Made by a program: the position numbers and the translations under genes. From the NCBI GenBank assembly GCA_964016885.1, contig OZ024740.1, positions 321,780,001 through 321,844,000 of the forward strand: a stretch of 64,000 bases of DNA. The letters run 5' to 3'. Shown here one piece after another: positions 1 to 14,508 of the stretch (within the stretch, counting starts at the first letter, position 1; each line of letters opens with the position of its first letter). The notes beneath the pieces are model-generated. The model was not told where the DNA came from, searched no databases, and worked only from the letters and a program-made list of their open reading frames with translations. Source of the stretch: Eledone cirrhosa. Taxonomy: Eukaryota.

Positions 1-479
1 ATAGTCTTGAAAAGACGATTTCACGAAAACTTTCAGTGGAGATGGTCACGGTTGGATTTCGTTCGTCAGCAGAGCTCAACATGGTAACCAAGGTCTCACT
101 GGTAATATGCCAAAAAGCGAATTTAAAAGCAGGCTAGTTTAACATCATGCGTGGTTATTAAAATAAACGCACATGTGGAAAAACAGAGCTGGTGACGTCA
201 GAATGAGACAAATGTTTGTTTACATGAAACAACAGTCAAAAACATTTCGAAAGAATACTCTACAAAAGGAGTTCAGCAAAAAGCAATATCATCGCGGTCT
301 TTCCCCCCCCCAAAAAAAAATACCGGGATTAGTCACAAATAATTTAAGCACTCTAAGAAATAAATCCGAGTATATAAATGAAAAGTATAGAAATTGTTGT
401 AGCGAGAAGCTAACAGTATTCCATAACATATATGTGACTATAGCGTCAAAATGTGAAAATAGTTAACATAAGATATGGG

Positions 480-556
<77 letters not shown>

Positions 557-576
557 GGTGTAACACACGAGTTGTG

Positions 577-1042
577 ATATATTAGTAAAAGGAAAAGAAA
601 ATGCTGACACATTTTTCCCAGTGAAAAATAGTTTAATTAGGAATAAGTATAAATTAGTAATAAGTATTGGTTAGTATTCAGTTTTAGTTTTAAGTTTTTA
701 CCGGTTGCGCATTTTTAATGCTTTTCAAAAATAATTTTGAGATAGAGCGCTCGTGATGTTTGCTCTAATCTGATCAGTTTTGGAAATTCTTCCTGTTTTA
801 TGTGAAAAAAGTGGCTCCAGAGGTATTAAGATTTGGTTGATTGTAGAATGTCACGTGAGTGAGTACTATAAATTTCGCGCCAATTCGTGTTGCAAAAATT
901 CTTGTAGTCAAAACAATTTTTGATTGGTCGGTAGAAGTCACGTGAATGTTAAAAATTGATTTTGCGCCAAATGTAGGTTTGTCGAAGAGTGTCCTTTTTC
1001 GCCTGATTGAGAAGTCACTGAAAAATAAGTTTATTAAGACAA

Positions 1043-1088
<46 letters not shown>

Positions 1089-1810
1089 TAAAGAGGTTCA
1101 TTGTTGTGATAATGGTCAGTAGGGATGCGTGTGTGAATTGCAGTCATGTTGAAAGGTCAACAATTCAGGTGTCTATTAAGACAAATATATGTGTGTGTGT
1201 GTGTGTAGCAGAGTGGTTCGTGGTAGAGGGAATAAATTCGGTCAGTAGGAATGTGTGTGTACGTGTGTGGGGGTTATTTTAACATGGTGGAAGATATTTT
1301 TCAGCTCTTGTCTTATACGGAGAAGTGTGTGTGTGGATATGTCTGTTTGTATGTTAGTGTACGCGTGTGTATGTGTGTATGTGTGTGTGTGTATATGTGT
1401 GTATGTGTGTGTGTGTGTGGATGGACCAGTATTTTTGTGATACTGGTAAAAATGGTGCACATTATTCGATATTTTCAGTAATTTGCAAAAACAATTCTCT
1501 CAAAAGAACATCAAAAACATTAATAATAAAAGGGGTGAAATGATGTATAGTATTGTCATAACACCAAGGTGTGTGTGAGTGTCCAGATTGTACGTACTGC
1601 AAGGGGAATCCATTAGGCCCTGCCGTATGGGAATACTTGTGTAATCTCAAAATTATTTTTGAAAAGCATTAGAAATGCGCAACCGGTAAAAACTTAAAAC
1701 TAAAACTGAATACTAACCAATACTTATTACTAATTTATACTTATTCCTAATTAAACTATTTTTCACTGGGAAAAATTTGTCAGCATTTTCTTTTCCTTTT
1801 ACTAATATAT
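577..1810. mobile_element. Fold-back element with ~167-bp inverted arms (577-743 / 1644-1810) between (TA)n tracts; probable PLE pseudo-LTR inversion
   Basis: atatattagtaaaaggaaaagaaaatgctgac...aataattttgagat is the near-perfect reverse complement of atctcaaaattattttt...ttttcctttttactaatatat. (TA)n lies on both outer sides. The PLE assignment is by analogy with the other fold-backs in the window. Confidence 0.6.
830..1020. promoter_or_regulatory. Duplicated CCAAT / E-box / E2F-like motif module inside the fold-back element
   Basis: GTCACGTGA at 850 and 937; TTTCGCGCCAA at 873 and TTTTGCGCCAAA at 960; GATTGG at 922; TATAAA at 867. The modules are spaced about 87 bp apart. Confidence 0.35.
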
Positions 1811-1816
1811 ATATAT

Positions 1817-2913
1817 ATATGAATAAATTTAGTCCTTCATCAGTGATTTTCCAACCTTCATTGGTATTTCATCGCTTTAAAGACCATATACCTCCGGTTG
1901 GTGCGAGCAACGGCTAAAGAAAGTCGTTGGGACACGTAAATAAGGGGAACGAGCGAGACAGTAAACAATCAAAGATGGTAATGCAACGAAAAGTGAGGAA
2001 GGAGGAGTCAAGTCCTTGAAATCGATGAACATAAGTTCTGTGAAATCGTAGACGAGAGGGAATAAAGACCATCCGACCTGGTCAAAGTGTGCGTGAGGAA
2101 AGAATCTCGCACAGGTCGAACGGGAGGAAGTAGGAGAGGGAGTAGCAGAGAGTGAGTGAGTGAAAGTGTGAGGAAGAGGCTCTCAGAGAGAGTGACTGTT
2201 AGAGGGGGTAAAAGGAAGTGAGAGATACAGAGAAAAGGGAAAGCAGTAAGAAAGAAACAGACGAGTCACAGCGGAGGGAATTATATATGAATATGAAAAC
2301 ATGGCGTGCTGCGTGGTTGCAAATGGGTTACATATGAATACATTTAGTCCTTCATCAGTGATCTTCCAGCCTTCATTGGTATTTCATCGCTTTAAAGACC
2401 ATATACCTCCGGTTGACGCAGCACGCCATGTTTTCATATTCATATATAATTCCCTCCGCTGTGACCCGTCTGTTTCTTTCTTACTGCTTTCCCTTTTCTC
2501 TGTATCTCTTACTTCCTTTTACCCCCTCTAACAGTCACTCTCTCTGAGAGCCTCTTCCTCACACTTTCACTCACTCACTCACTCTCTGCTACTCCCTCTC
2601 CTACTTCCTCCCGTTCGACCTGTGCGAGATTCTTTCCTCACGCACACGTTGACCAGGTCGGATGGTCTTTATTCCCTCTCGTCTACGATTTCACAGAACT
2701 TATGTTCATCGATTTCAAGGACTTGACTCCTTCTTCCTCACTTTTCGTTGCATTACCATCTTTGATTGTTTACTGTCTCGCTCGCTCCCCCTATTTACGT
2801 GTCCCAACGACTTTCTTTAGCCGTTGCTCGCACCAACCGGAGGTATATGGTCTTTAAAGCGATGAAATACCAATGAAGGTTGGAAGATCACTGATGAAGG
2901 ACTAAATTTATTC

Positions 2914-2917
<4 letters not shown>
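1817..2917. mobile_element. 1.1-kb near-perfect palindrome; tandem plus inverted PLE-like pseudo-LTR insertion in (TA)n
   Basis: Arms 1817-2314 and 2416-2917 are reverse complements with few mismatches. The spacer repeats the first ~80 bp of the left arm, giving a 515-nt period. Related end fragments occur at 21841-21922 and 58405-58507. Confidence 0.75.
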
Positions 2918-2945
<28 letters not shown>

Positions 2946-3000
2946 TATATTATATTATATTATATTATATTATATTATATTATATTATATTATATTATAT

Positions 3001-3123
<123 letters not shown>

Positions 3124-3171
3124 AGCAAGCGGGAACGAGGTAGCAATTTAGTATTTTATACATATTTTATT

Positions 3172-3263
3172 CACACGTGACGTACTTTTCGCAATCGATC
3201 AGCTGAAGGTATGATGGGTCGATTAGGTCGGTCCCTGGAATCCTTAGCTCTTCAGGCTCGTGG
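3172..3263 (-). ncRNA. Degenerate hammerhead-like motif
   Basis: The minus strand reads ccacgagc CTGAAGA gc...gc GAAA agtac GTC acgtg. Core boxes and a palindromic GTAC loop are present, but stems I and III are imperfect and stem II is long. Confidence 0.35.
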
Positions 3264-3867
3264 ATTTTGCCGCTTTCTTATTATTAACTCTCCGTATGTT
3301 ACGCCTACCAATAATCGGTGACGATACAGACGAATTCTGTATCGGTAGCTGGATCTACGTAGTACTATTGAGTGTTCAAACTGATGAAACATCACCAATT
3401 TAACGTTATATATCGGGGTAGGCAAATATACATTCACTCTCACTCTTCCCCTCTGTTTGTTATGTCTGTCTTTTTAGGACTTAACATCCAAACAGACGGA
3501 AAATACTTTTATTAATGTTTGTATATTCTCTACCTCTTCCACCTTCTCTTTTATTTCTCTTTCCTCTTGACAAAACCAATATGTTGTGCCACGTTGATAT
3601 CTTTTTAGTTGTAGCTCATGGGTTAGCGGCAAATTTTCTCATATTTGTAAATAGTCGTTCAGAATATCGTTTTGTTCTTCGTTCATTTGTTACTGCCCCT
3701 TGTGCATTAGAACCAGCTGCATTGATCTTAAAGTACTGAAACAACGTATCTCTAACGGTCGACTGATGAGATGGGACTGTCTGTATTCATTTATTTCCCT
3801 GTCTTCGCCCATATTTTTAAATCATTCATATCATTTTTTTCAGCCACGTGGATCTGTTTTTTCATAT

Positions 3868-3910
<43 letters not shown>

Positions 3911-4049
3911 CATACAATGATATTAAATAATGGATATTAAATAATGGAGACAATATTTATAAAACCATATTTACTCTATTATATATATTTCAAAATATAT
4001 ACATATATGTACATATATATACACATGTATACACAATCTCACACACACA

Positions 4050-4128
<79 letters not shown>

Positions 4129-4332
4129 CCCATGTCCCACACATACAAATATATATATTACTGTATTGCTCAATACAAAACCAGTCACGCAGTGAGTTGT
4201 TGTTGTTCATTTCTTTATTAATTGATTTGTCTTACATCACATCACTGTAACCTTTTCAATGAGAACTCCGCAGAGAATTACAGCAGAAATATATATTTCA
4301 ATGCACAGCCTCACATCAAGACTCTTGTGTAT

Positions 4333-4606
<274 letters not shown>

Positions 4607-4689
4607 AAAAGGCAAACAGAAATAAAGCAAACGAAACAGTGCAATGAAGAAATATATTATTAGTTTTAAGCTTGATATAGTAGGAAAAG

Positions 4690-4721
4690 AGTCTTAACGT
4701 TTCGGACGCTAGTCGTTCATC

Positions 4722-4722
<1 letters not shown>
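4690..4722 (-). ncRNA. 5'-truncated hammerhead-like fragment abutting (TA)n
   Basis: The minus strand reads (ta)n TGATGA ac gac tagc gtc c GAAA cgtta agactc. The first core C and stem I are replaced by (TA)n. Confidence 0.35.
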
Positions 4723-4792
<70 letters not shown>

Positions 4793-5091
4793 TTTATGCA
4801 TTCATACATATATATATATATATATACGTTCATACATATTGTGTGTGTTGGTGTGTATATATATATATATATCCATTATATAAAGACATGTCGAACCTGC
4901 TGTCCGGATTAAGCGAGTAAGTAGCAACTGCTCTACTATCGAAATGGTTTAAAGCTTGACTGTAAAGCCTCTACATACCTTCAAATCATATCTACACATA
5001 ACTTACTTTAAAGTATGGAGTATTGTGATAATGGTTATACTACTTTAAGTTAGTAATATCATCTCTCTCTCCCTCTCTCCTCTCTCTCTCT

Positions 5092-5137
<46 letters not shown>

Positions 5138-5407
5138 TTCTCCCTTTCTCTCCCGCTCTCTCTCTCTCACTCTCTCTTTATCCACCCTCTCTCTCTCAAG
5201 ATATATATATATATATACATATTCTACACACACACACAGACACTCACATATATATATATATGTATATATATTACATATCTTACAGTTAACGCTTGGGTTT
5301 GTCTTTCTTCGGAAAAAATATACAATTACTTTTTTTGTTTTTGCTTTTTCCTGAATCTGAAGATTTGGTTTAGTTTCAGATTTGGGGGAAACTGGGTTAA
5401 CAGGGAC

Positions 5408-5717
5408 GGTGGTGGTGGTGGTGGTGGTGGTGGTAGTGGTGGTGGTGGTGGTGGTGGTGGTAGTGATGGTGGTGGTGGTGGTGGTGGTAATGGTGGTGGT
5501 GGTCGTGGTGGTAGTATGGTGGTAGTGATGGTGGTGGTGGTGGTGGTAGTATGGTGGTGGTGGTGGTGGTGGTGGTAGTAGTGGTGGTGGTGGTGGTGGT
5601 GGTAGTAGTGATGATGGTAGTGGTGGTGGTGGTGGTGGTTGTAGTGGTGGTGGTGGTGGTGGTGGTAGTGATGATGGTAGTGGTGGTGGTAGTGGTGGTG
5701 GTGGTGGTGGTGGTGGT
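5408..5717. repeat. (GGT)n degenerate trinucleotide tract
   Basis: Read directly from the sequence. Confidence 0.9.
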
Positions 5718-5814
5718 TTTGGAAAAGGAACTAGAACAACAACAACACCACTCATGTTTATATTCATAGAAGCCTCACCCCACCATATATACATATACAC
5801 ATACATGGATACAT

Positions 5815-5853
<39 letters not shown>

Positions 5854-5971
5854 CACACGCACCCACACACATATATTTGTATATGTGGTTGTTTATACCT
5901 ATGTACCTATGTGTGTATTGCGCATATATAGATACGTATGTGCTTCTGTATGTGTGTGCATATAAGTATGC

Positions 5972-7076
<1,105 letters not shown>

Positions 7077-7133
7077 CGAGAAAGACAAGGAGGAAGAGGG
7101 TGAGTGGGGCTGGCAGGAAGGGAAACGATATAT

Positions 7134-7201
<68 letters not shown>

Positions 7202-7514
7202 ATGTGTATGTGGGGTGGGGTGGGGATTTAGAAAAATTAAGAATACGACAGAGATGGTGGGTGGGGAATGAGGTGGTGGTTCGGTGGGGAAACAGAATTC
7301 GGTGCAAGTGGAGGTGGGTGGCTGGGTGGATAGATGTTTTGGGGGGTGGGGGTCAGCGTATCTGAATTGATAAGGAAGAGGAGGAGAAGTTTTGGAGTAT
7401 TTCAACTTTCAACATCAACTGGGTTGAATTGTGGAGAAATGGATACTGTTGGAACGGACACTTAGGAGAGGATGCGAGGTTGAGGGAGCAAGACCTGCAG
7501 AGAAAAGTGTGTAG

Positions 7515-10500
7515 GTTGGTGTTGGTGTTTAGTTGAGTATGTGTATGGTGTTGGTGTTTAGTTGATATTGTGTGTGTTGGTGTTGGTGTTTAGTTGAGCA
7601 TGTGTATGCTGTTGCTGTTTAGTTCAGATTGTGTGTGTTGGTGTTGGTGTTTAGTTGAGTATGTGTATGGTGTTGGTGTTTAGTTCAGATTGTGTGTGTT
7701 GGTGTTGGTTTTTAGTTGAATATGTGTATGGTGTTGGTGTTTAGTTCAGATTATGTGTGTTGGTGTTTAGTTGAGCATGTGTATGGTGTTGGTGTTTAGT
7801 TCAGATTGTGTGTGTTGGTGTTGGTTTTTAGTTGAGTATGTGTATGGTGTTGGTGTTTAGTTCAGATTGTGTGTGTTGGTGTTGGTGTTTAGTTGAACAT
7901 GTGTATGGTGTTGGTGTTTAGTTCAGATTGTGTGTGTTGGTGTTGGTTTTTAGTTGAGTATGTGTATGGTGTTGGTGTTTAGTTCAGATTGTGTGTGTTG
8001 GTGTTGGTGTTTAGTTGAGCATGTGTATGGTGTTGGTGTTTAGTTCAGATTATGTGTGTTGGTGTTGGTGTTTAGTTGAGTATGTGTATGGTGTTGGTGT
8101 TTAGATCAGATTGTGTGTGTTGGTGTTGGTTTTTAGTTGAGTATGTGTATGGTGTTGGTGTTTAGTTCAGATTGTGTGTATTGGTGTTGGTGTTTAGTTG
8201 AGCATGTATATGGTGTTGGTGTTTAGTTCAGATTGTGTGTGTTGGTGTTGGTGTTTAGTTGATCATGTGTATGGTGTTGGTGTTTAGTTCAGATTATGTG
8301 TGTTGGTGTTGGTGTTTAGTTAAGCATGTGTATGGTGTTGGTGTTTAGTTCAGATTGTGTGTATTGGTGTTGGTGTTTAGTTGAGTATATGTATGGTGTT
8401 GGTGTTTATTTCAGATTATGTGTGTTGGTATTGGTGTTGGTGTTTAGTTGAGCATGTGTATGGTGTTGGTGTTTAGTTGAGTATGTGTATGCTGTTGGTG
8501 TTTAGTTCAGATTGTGTGTATTGGTGTTGGTGTTTAATTGAGCATGTGTATGGTGTTGGTGTTTAATTCAGATTGTGTGTGTTGGTGTTGGTGTTTAGTT
8601 GAGCATGTGTATGGTGTTGGTGTTTAGTTCAGATTGTGTGTGTTGGTGTTGGTGTTGGTGTTTAGTTGAGCATGTGTATGGTGTTGGTGTTTAGTTCAGA
8701 TTGGGTGTGTTGGTGTTGGTGTTTAGTTGAGTATGTGTATGGTGTTGGTGTTTAGTTCAGATTGTGTGTGTTGGTGTTGGTGTTTAGTTGAGCATGTGTG
8801 TGGTGTTGGTGTTGGTGTTGGTGTTTAGTTGAGCATGTGTGTGGTGATGGTGGTGTTGTTTAGTTGAGCATGTGTATGGTGTTGGTGTTGCTGTTTAGTT
8901 GAGCATGTGTGTGGTGTTGGTGGTGTTGTTTAGTTGAGCATGTGTGTGGTGGTGTTGTTTAGTTGAGCATGTGTGTGGTGGTGTTGTTTAGTTGAGCATG
9001 TGTGTGGTGTTGGTGTTGTTGTTTAGTTGAACATGTGTGGGTGTTGGTGTTTAGTTCAGATTGTGTGTGTTGGTGTTGGTGTTTAGTTGAGTATGTGTGT
9101 GGTGTTGGTGTTGGTGTTTAGTTCAGATTGTGTGGTGCTGGTGTTGGTGTTTAGTTGAGTATGTGTGTGGTGTTGGTGGTGTTGTTTAGATGAGCATGTG
9201 TGTGGTGTTGGTGTTTAGTTGAGCGTGTGTGTGGTGTTGGTGGTGTTGTTTAGTTGAGCATGTGTGTGGTGGTGGTCTTGGTGTTTAGTTGAGCGTGTGT
9301 ATGGTGTTGGTGTTTGTGTTTAGTTGAGCATGTGTATGGTGTTGGTGTTGGCGTTTAGTTGAACTTATGTGTGGTGTTGGTGTTTAATTAAGTATGTGTG
9401 TGGTGTTGGTGTTGAGGTTTAGTTGAGCATGTGTGTGGTGTTGGTGTTGGTGTTTAGTGGAGCATGTGTGTGGTGTTGGTGTTTAGTTGAGCATGTGTGT
9501 GGTGTTGTTTAGTTGAGCATGTGTGTGGTGTTGTTGTTGGTGTTTAGTTGAGCATGTGTGTGGTGTTGGTGGTCTTGTTTAGCTGAGCATGTGTGTGATG
9601 TTGGTGTTGGTGTTTTGTTCAGATTGTGTATGGTTTGGTGATGGTGTTTAGTTCAGCATGTGTATGGTGTTGGTGTTGGTGTTTAGTTGAGCTTATGGTG
9701 GTGTTGGTGCTTAGTTAAACATGTGTGTGGTGTTGGTGTTGGTGTTTAGTTGAGCATGTGTGTGGTGTTGGTGTTGGTGTTTTGTTGAGCATGTGTGTGG
9801 TGTTGGTTTTGGTGTTTAGTTGAGCATGTGTATGGTGTTGGTGTCGGTGTTTAGTTGAGCTTATGTGTGGTGTTGGTGCTTAGTTAAACATGTGTGTGGT
9901 GTTGGTGTTGGTGTTTAGTTGAGCATGTGTGTGGTGTTGGTGTTAGTGTTTAGTTGAGCATGTGTGTGAGGTTGGTGGTGTTGTTTAGTTGAGCATGTGT
10001 GTGGTGTTGGTGTTGGTGTTTAGTTGAGTATGTGCGTGGTGTTGGTGTTGGTGTTTAGTTGAGCATGTGTGTGGTGGTGGTGTTGGTGTTTAGTTGAGCA
10101 TGTGTGTGAGGTTGGTGGTGTTGTTTAGTTGAGCATGTGTGTGGTGTTGGTGTTGGTGTTTAGTTCAGATTGTGTATAGTTTGGTGTTGGTGTTTAGTTG
10201 AGCATGTGTGTGGTGTTGGTGGTGCTGTTTAGTTGAGCATGTGTGTGGTGTTGATGTCGGTGTTTAGTTGAGTATGTGTGTGGTGTTGGTTTTTAGTTGA
10301 TCATATGTGTGGTGTTGGTGTTGGTGTTTAGTTGAACATGTGTGTGGTATTGGTGTTGGTGTTTAGTTGAGCATGTGTGTGGTGTTTGTGGTGTTGTTTA
10401 GTTGAGCATGTGTGTGGCGTTTGTGGTGTTGTTTAGTTAAGCATGTGTGTGGTGTTGGTGTTTAGTTCAGATTGTGTGTGTTGGTGTTGGTGTTTTGTTG

Positions 10501-11780
10501 AGCATGGGTGTGGTGTTGGTGTTTAGTTCAGATTGTGTGTGTTGGTGTTGGTGGTGTTGTTTAATTGAGCATGTGTGTGGTGTTGGTGTTGGTGTTTAGT
10601 TCAGATTGTGTGTGTTGGTGTTTAGTTGAGCATGTGTGTGGTGTTGATATTGGTGTTTAGTTCAGATTGTGTGGTGTTGGTGTTGGTGTTTAGTTGAGCT
10701 AATGTGTATGTTGGTGTTGGTGTTTAGTACATATTGTGTATGTTGGTTTTTATAAAAGTATGTGTTTACGGATTGGTGTTTAGCTGATTTTGTGTTGGTG
10801 TTTAGCTGAGTTTATGTTGATGTTTAGCTGAGGTTATGTTGGTGCTTAGGTGAGTTTACTATGGTGTTTAGTTGAGTTTCTGTTGGTGTTTAGTTGATTT
10901 TTGTTGTTTAGTTGAGCATGTGTGTGTGTGTGTTGGTGTTTAGTTGAGATTGTGTGTGTGTTGGTCTTGGGGTTTAGTTGCATATGGGTTGGTGTTGGTG
11001 TTTATAAGAGTATGTGTTTATGGATTGGTGTCTAGCTGATTTTGTGTTGGTGTTTAGCTGAGTTTATGTTGATGTTTAGCTGAGTTTCTGTTGGTGTTTA
11101 GTTGAGTTTCTGTTGGTGTTTAGTTGAGGTTCTGTTGGTGTTTAGTTGATTTCTGTTGTTTAGTTGAGCATGTGTATGTGTGTTGGTGTTTAGTTGTGTA
11201 TGGGTTCGTGTTTGTGTTTATATGAGCATGAGATTGGTGTTTAGCTGATTCTGTGTTGGTTTTTAGCTGATTTTATGTTGGTATTTAGTTGACTTTGTGT
11301 TGGTGTCTGGCTGAGTTTGTGTTGGTGTTTAGTTGAGTTTATGTTGGTGTTTACCTGAGTCTATATTGGTGTTTAGCTGAATTTGTGTTGATATTTAGCT
11401 AATTTAGTGGTGGTGTTTAACTTAGTTCGTGGTGGTGTTTAGCTGATTATGTGTTGGTGTTTAACTGTGTTTATGTAGGTATTTAGCTGAGGTAAAGTTG
11501 ATGTTTAACTGAGTTTATGTAGGTCTTTAGATGAGTTTTGTATTGATGTTTAGCTGACTTCGTGGTGGTGTTTAGCTGAGTTTATGTTGCAGTTTAGCTG
11601 GGTTTATATTGGCGTTTAGCTGAATTTATATTGGTATTTAGCTAAGTTTGTGTTGTTGTTTAGCTGAGTTTATAATGGTGTTTAGCTGAGTTTGTGTTGG
11701 TGTTTAGTTGTGTGTTGGTCATGGTGTTAAATTGTATGAGTGTGTGTTGATATATTGTGTGTGTGTTGGTGTTGGTGTGT
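7515..11780. repeat. ~4.3-kb G/T-skewed minisatellite with core ggtgtttagttg and changing unit structure
   Basis: Alternating ggtgttggtgtttagttgagcatgtgtat and ggtgttggtgtttagttcagattgtgtgtgtt units, then ~32-bp monomers, then ~21-bp ggtgtttagctgagtttatgtt units. Confidence 0.92.
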
Positions 11781-11811
11781 AGTTGTGTCTTGTTGTTTAG
11801 TTGTGTGTGTT

Positions 11812-12090
11812 GGAGGCGCGTGGCCTAGTGGTAAATGTGTTGGACCTACTATCATAATGTCGTTGGTTCGATTCCTTAGCTGTGTTGTGTGTTGTGTTCT
11901 TGAACAAAACACTTCATTTTAAGCAACTTCCAGTATACTCACCTGAAAATGAGTTCCAGCAATAGCTGCGGGTTTAACCCTGCGATGGACTGGCGCTGTG
12001 TCCATTGGGGAGTCTTATATTCTCAGTCGCTTCACGTCACGAAACCGGGATAAGCACCGGCCTGACGAACCCCCTGGCTTCAGACATATT
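11812..12090 (+). mobile_element. tRNA-derived SINE with a conserved central domain (Nin/Meta-like, from recall)
   Basis: A-box-like TGGCCTAGTGG, B-box-like GGTTCGATTCC, and body aaccctgcgatggactggcg...cagtcgcttcacg...aaaccgggataagcaccggcctga. A second copy is at 42430-42690. Confidence 0.8.
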
Positions 12091-12375
12091 TTTAGAGAGA
12101 CTACAGCATAGAACAATGCTGAGATTCTAGCATCTATCTATGCTGACCTCTGAAATAGAGGTAACGCAGGGCCGGATTAAAGAAACTTGGGGCCCTGGGC
12201 TAGAGGAGATTTGGGGTTCTCAACACCGGCTTGTAAGAAACTTGATAAAAATTAGAAGTAGACCTACATATGGAATGATACTGAGATTCCAACATTTATC
12301 TAAGCTGGCCTCAAAAACAGAAGTGACACCCAAAGAAAATGAAATCTATTTAACAACAATTATAATGATCTAAGG

Positions 12376-12578
12376 TAGGTATGTCAGATATGCGGCCCGC
12401 GCGCCGCATGCGGCCCTTTACAAGCACACCTGCGGCCCGCACAAAGGATTTTACAGCGCAAGCGTAATATAAGATTAAAAAATATTAGTTGTAATGTGCG
12501 CAATTAGTTGTCTTGTGTGGCCCTCAGATAACACGTGACCCATGTGGCCCTCGGGAGACCCTTAGTTTGACATGCCTG
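12376..12578. mobile_element. hAT (Charlie-like) MITE
   Basis: Ends taggtatgtcaga / gtttgacatgcctg, internal tgcggccc repeats, and 8-bp TSD-like flanks atctaagg / ttctaaag. Confidence 0.65.
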
Positions 12579-12724
12579 TTCTAAAGTTTAACAAAAATGT
12601 CCATGTTCCATATGTTTCGTAGCTTTGTTTTCGTGTGTTCAGTTGTCAGCTGTAGTAAGGTTATCTGAAGAATTTCTACAGATTTTAGAAGAAACTAAAG
12701 AACTACTTCATATGTAAATATACT

Positions 12725-13012
12725 TTAGTTGTTGAAGTGACGTCCGAACGAGTATCCTCCACCTCCAACAAACTTACCCTCTGCCACTGACCCGGCCGAT
12801 AGGATGGAGAATACATTACCTCGGAGGACGGCGAGGGTGACGCGCTGAAACAGCCACTCCACCTCACGGGGCTCGCACTTGAGGGCGGCTAACTCTGCTC
12901 CGATAACAATGAGTAGGGATGTGGTCTGGGGGCCAAGGACGCCGGATGTCTCCACTGCTACAGGCTCTACCACAAACCTATCCGAGAACGGCTGATACTT
13001 GGAAAGTTTGCC
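12725..13012 (-). mobile_element. CRE-clade-like non-LTR retrotransposon 3' fragment (restriction-like endonuclease C-terminus)
   Basis: KLSKY...EPVAVETSGVLGP...EVEWLFQRVTLAVLRGN matches the RLE C-terminal motif PxAVETxGxxG...FQRxSxAxxRGN. Confidence 0.75.
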
Positions 13013-13187
13013 CTATAGCTATATTTTAATTTATAATTTAATATATATCCTAATATATATTTGAAACGAAAGGGAGCCCCTTGATGTATAAGGTCCAGGT
13101 TTGCAACCTACTTCCATATGTAAATAAAGTACTGCTTCCACAAGTCCTCTATAGGTTGAGGTTGAGTTTCCACCAAATACTGTCTAA

Positions 13188-13630
13188 GAGAAAGGGTAAG
13201 TGAGGGGATGGGAGAGAGAGAGGGGGTGGGGGTGGGGGTGGGGGAGAAGGGGGTGGGAGAGAAAGAGAGGATGGGAGAGAGATAGTGGTGGAAGAGAGAT
13301 GGGTAATGAGAGAGATAGGGTGAGAAAGAGAGAGAGGTAGTGGGAGAAAAGAGAGAGTGGGAGAGAAAAAGAGAGGGTGGGAGTGAAAGTGAGGGGGTGG
13401 GAGAGAGATAGTAGGGTGGGAGAAATAGAGGAGGTAGTTGGGGGAGAGAGGGGGGTGGGGAGAGAGAAGGGGGGGGAGAGAAAGAGAGGGGTGGAAGAGT
13501 GATAGCGGGGTGGGAGAAAGAGAGGGGTAGGTGGGAGAGAGAGAGAGGGGTGGGGGAAAGAGAAGGTAGGAGGGATGGGGAAAGAGAAGGTGGGTGGGAG
13601 AGAGAGAGAGAGAGGTGGGGAGAGGTAGTG
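13188..13630. repeat. Purine-rich (GA/GGG) low-complexity tract
   Basis: Read directly from the sequence; many GGG runs. Confidence 0.8.
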
Positions 13631-13936
13631 AATGATAGTCAATGATGGAAATAATCAGTTAATCACCTCCAGTCAGCCGGCACCAACCAACACAGTTTTA
13701 GTTATATATGAGAGGAGAGGAAGAAAGATTAGGTGGGGGAGTGTTGAGGGTGAGGGTGGGAGGAGATCAAGTAAGAATGTAATTCAATAATAATAAAGTA
13801 AATAGTCTCATATAACAACAACAACAGCAACAACATTAATAATAAAAGCAACAATAATAATGATGATGATGATGACGATGATAGTGATAAAGATGATAAG
13901 GATGATGATGCTGAGGAGAAAGAACAGGAGTTATTG

Positions 13937-13972
<36 letters not shown>

Positions 13973-14153
13973 CGTGTGTGTGTGTGTGCGTGTGCGTGTG
14001 TGTGTGTGTGTGTGCGTGTGTGTGTGTGTACTATAGGGAAACAGAAATACTAAACGATCAAGTTAACTATGGCGAAGACATAACTTTTAGGGGTATTTAA
14101 TAATCAACGGGGAGAAAGACAAAATATAGTAGGTACATTCATAGTCTCTTTCA

Positions 14154-14186
<33 letters not shown>

Positions 14187-14206
14187 AGACACACGCACAC
14201 ATACAC

Positions 14207-14259
<53 letters not shown>

Positions 14260-14372
14260 CCGCAAATAGACTTAACTAGAACGTAAACAATCTAGCTACA
14301 CCAAGCCCATGCCCAAGCAAGCCATAATAATTCCACAATCAACTCCACCCAGGATATATATATATATACATC

Positions 14373-14476
<104 letters not shown>

Positions 14477-14508
14477 CGTGTGTGTGTGTGTGTGTATTCA
14501 CCAACACA

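Noticed and set aside
173-466. 97-aa ORF as a host gene or PLE fragment
   Set aside because: No motif could be recognised with confidence, and it runs into poly(A)/(TA)n.
3735-3785. Permuted hammerhead (GAAA...GTA...CTGATGA)
   Set aside because: Stem II cannot be formed and stem I is only 2 bp.
11812-11880. tRNA genes at SINE heads (also 14973, 40885, 42430, 60097)
   Set aside because: A and B boxes are present, but there is no complete cloverleaf and each continues into a shared SINE body.
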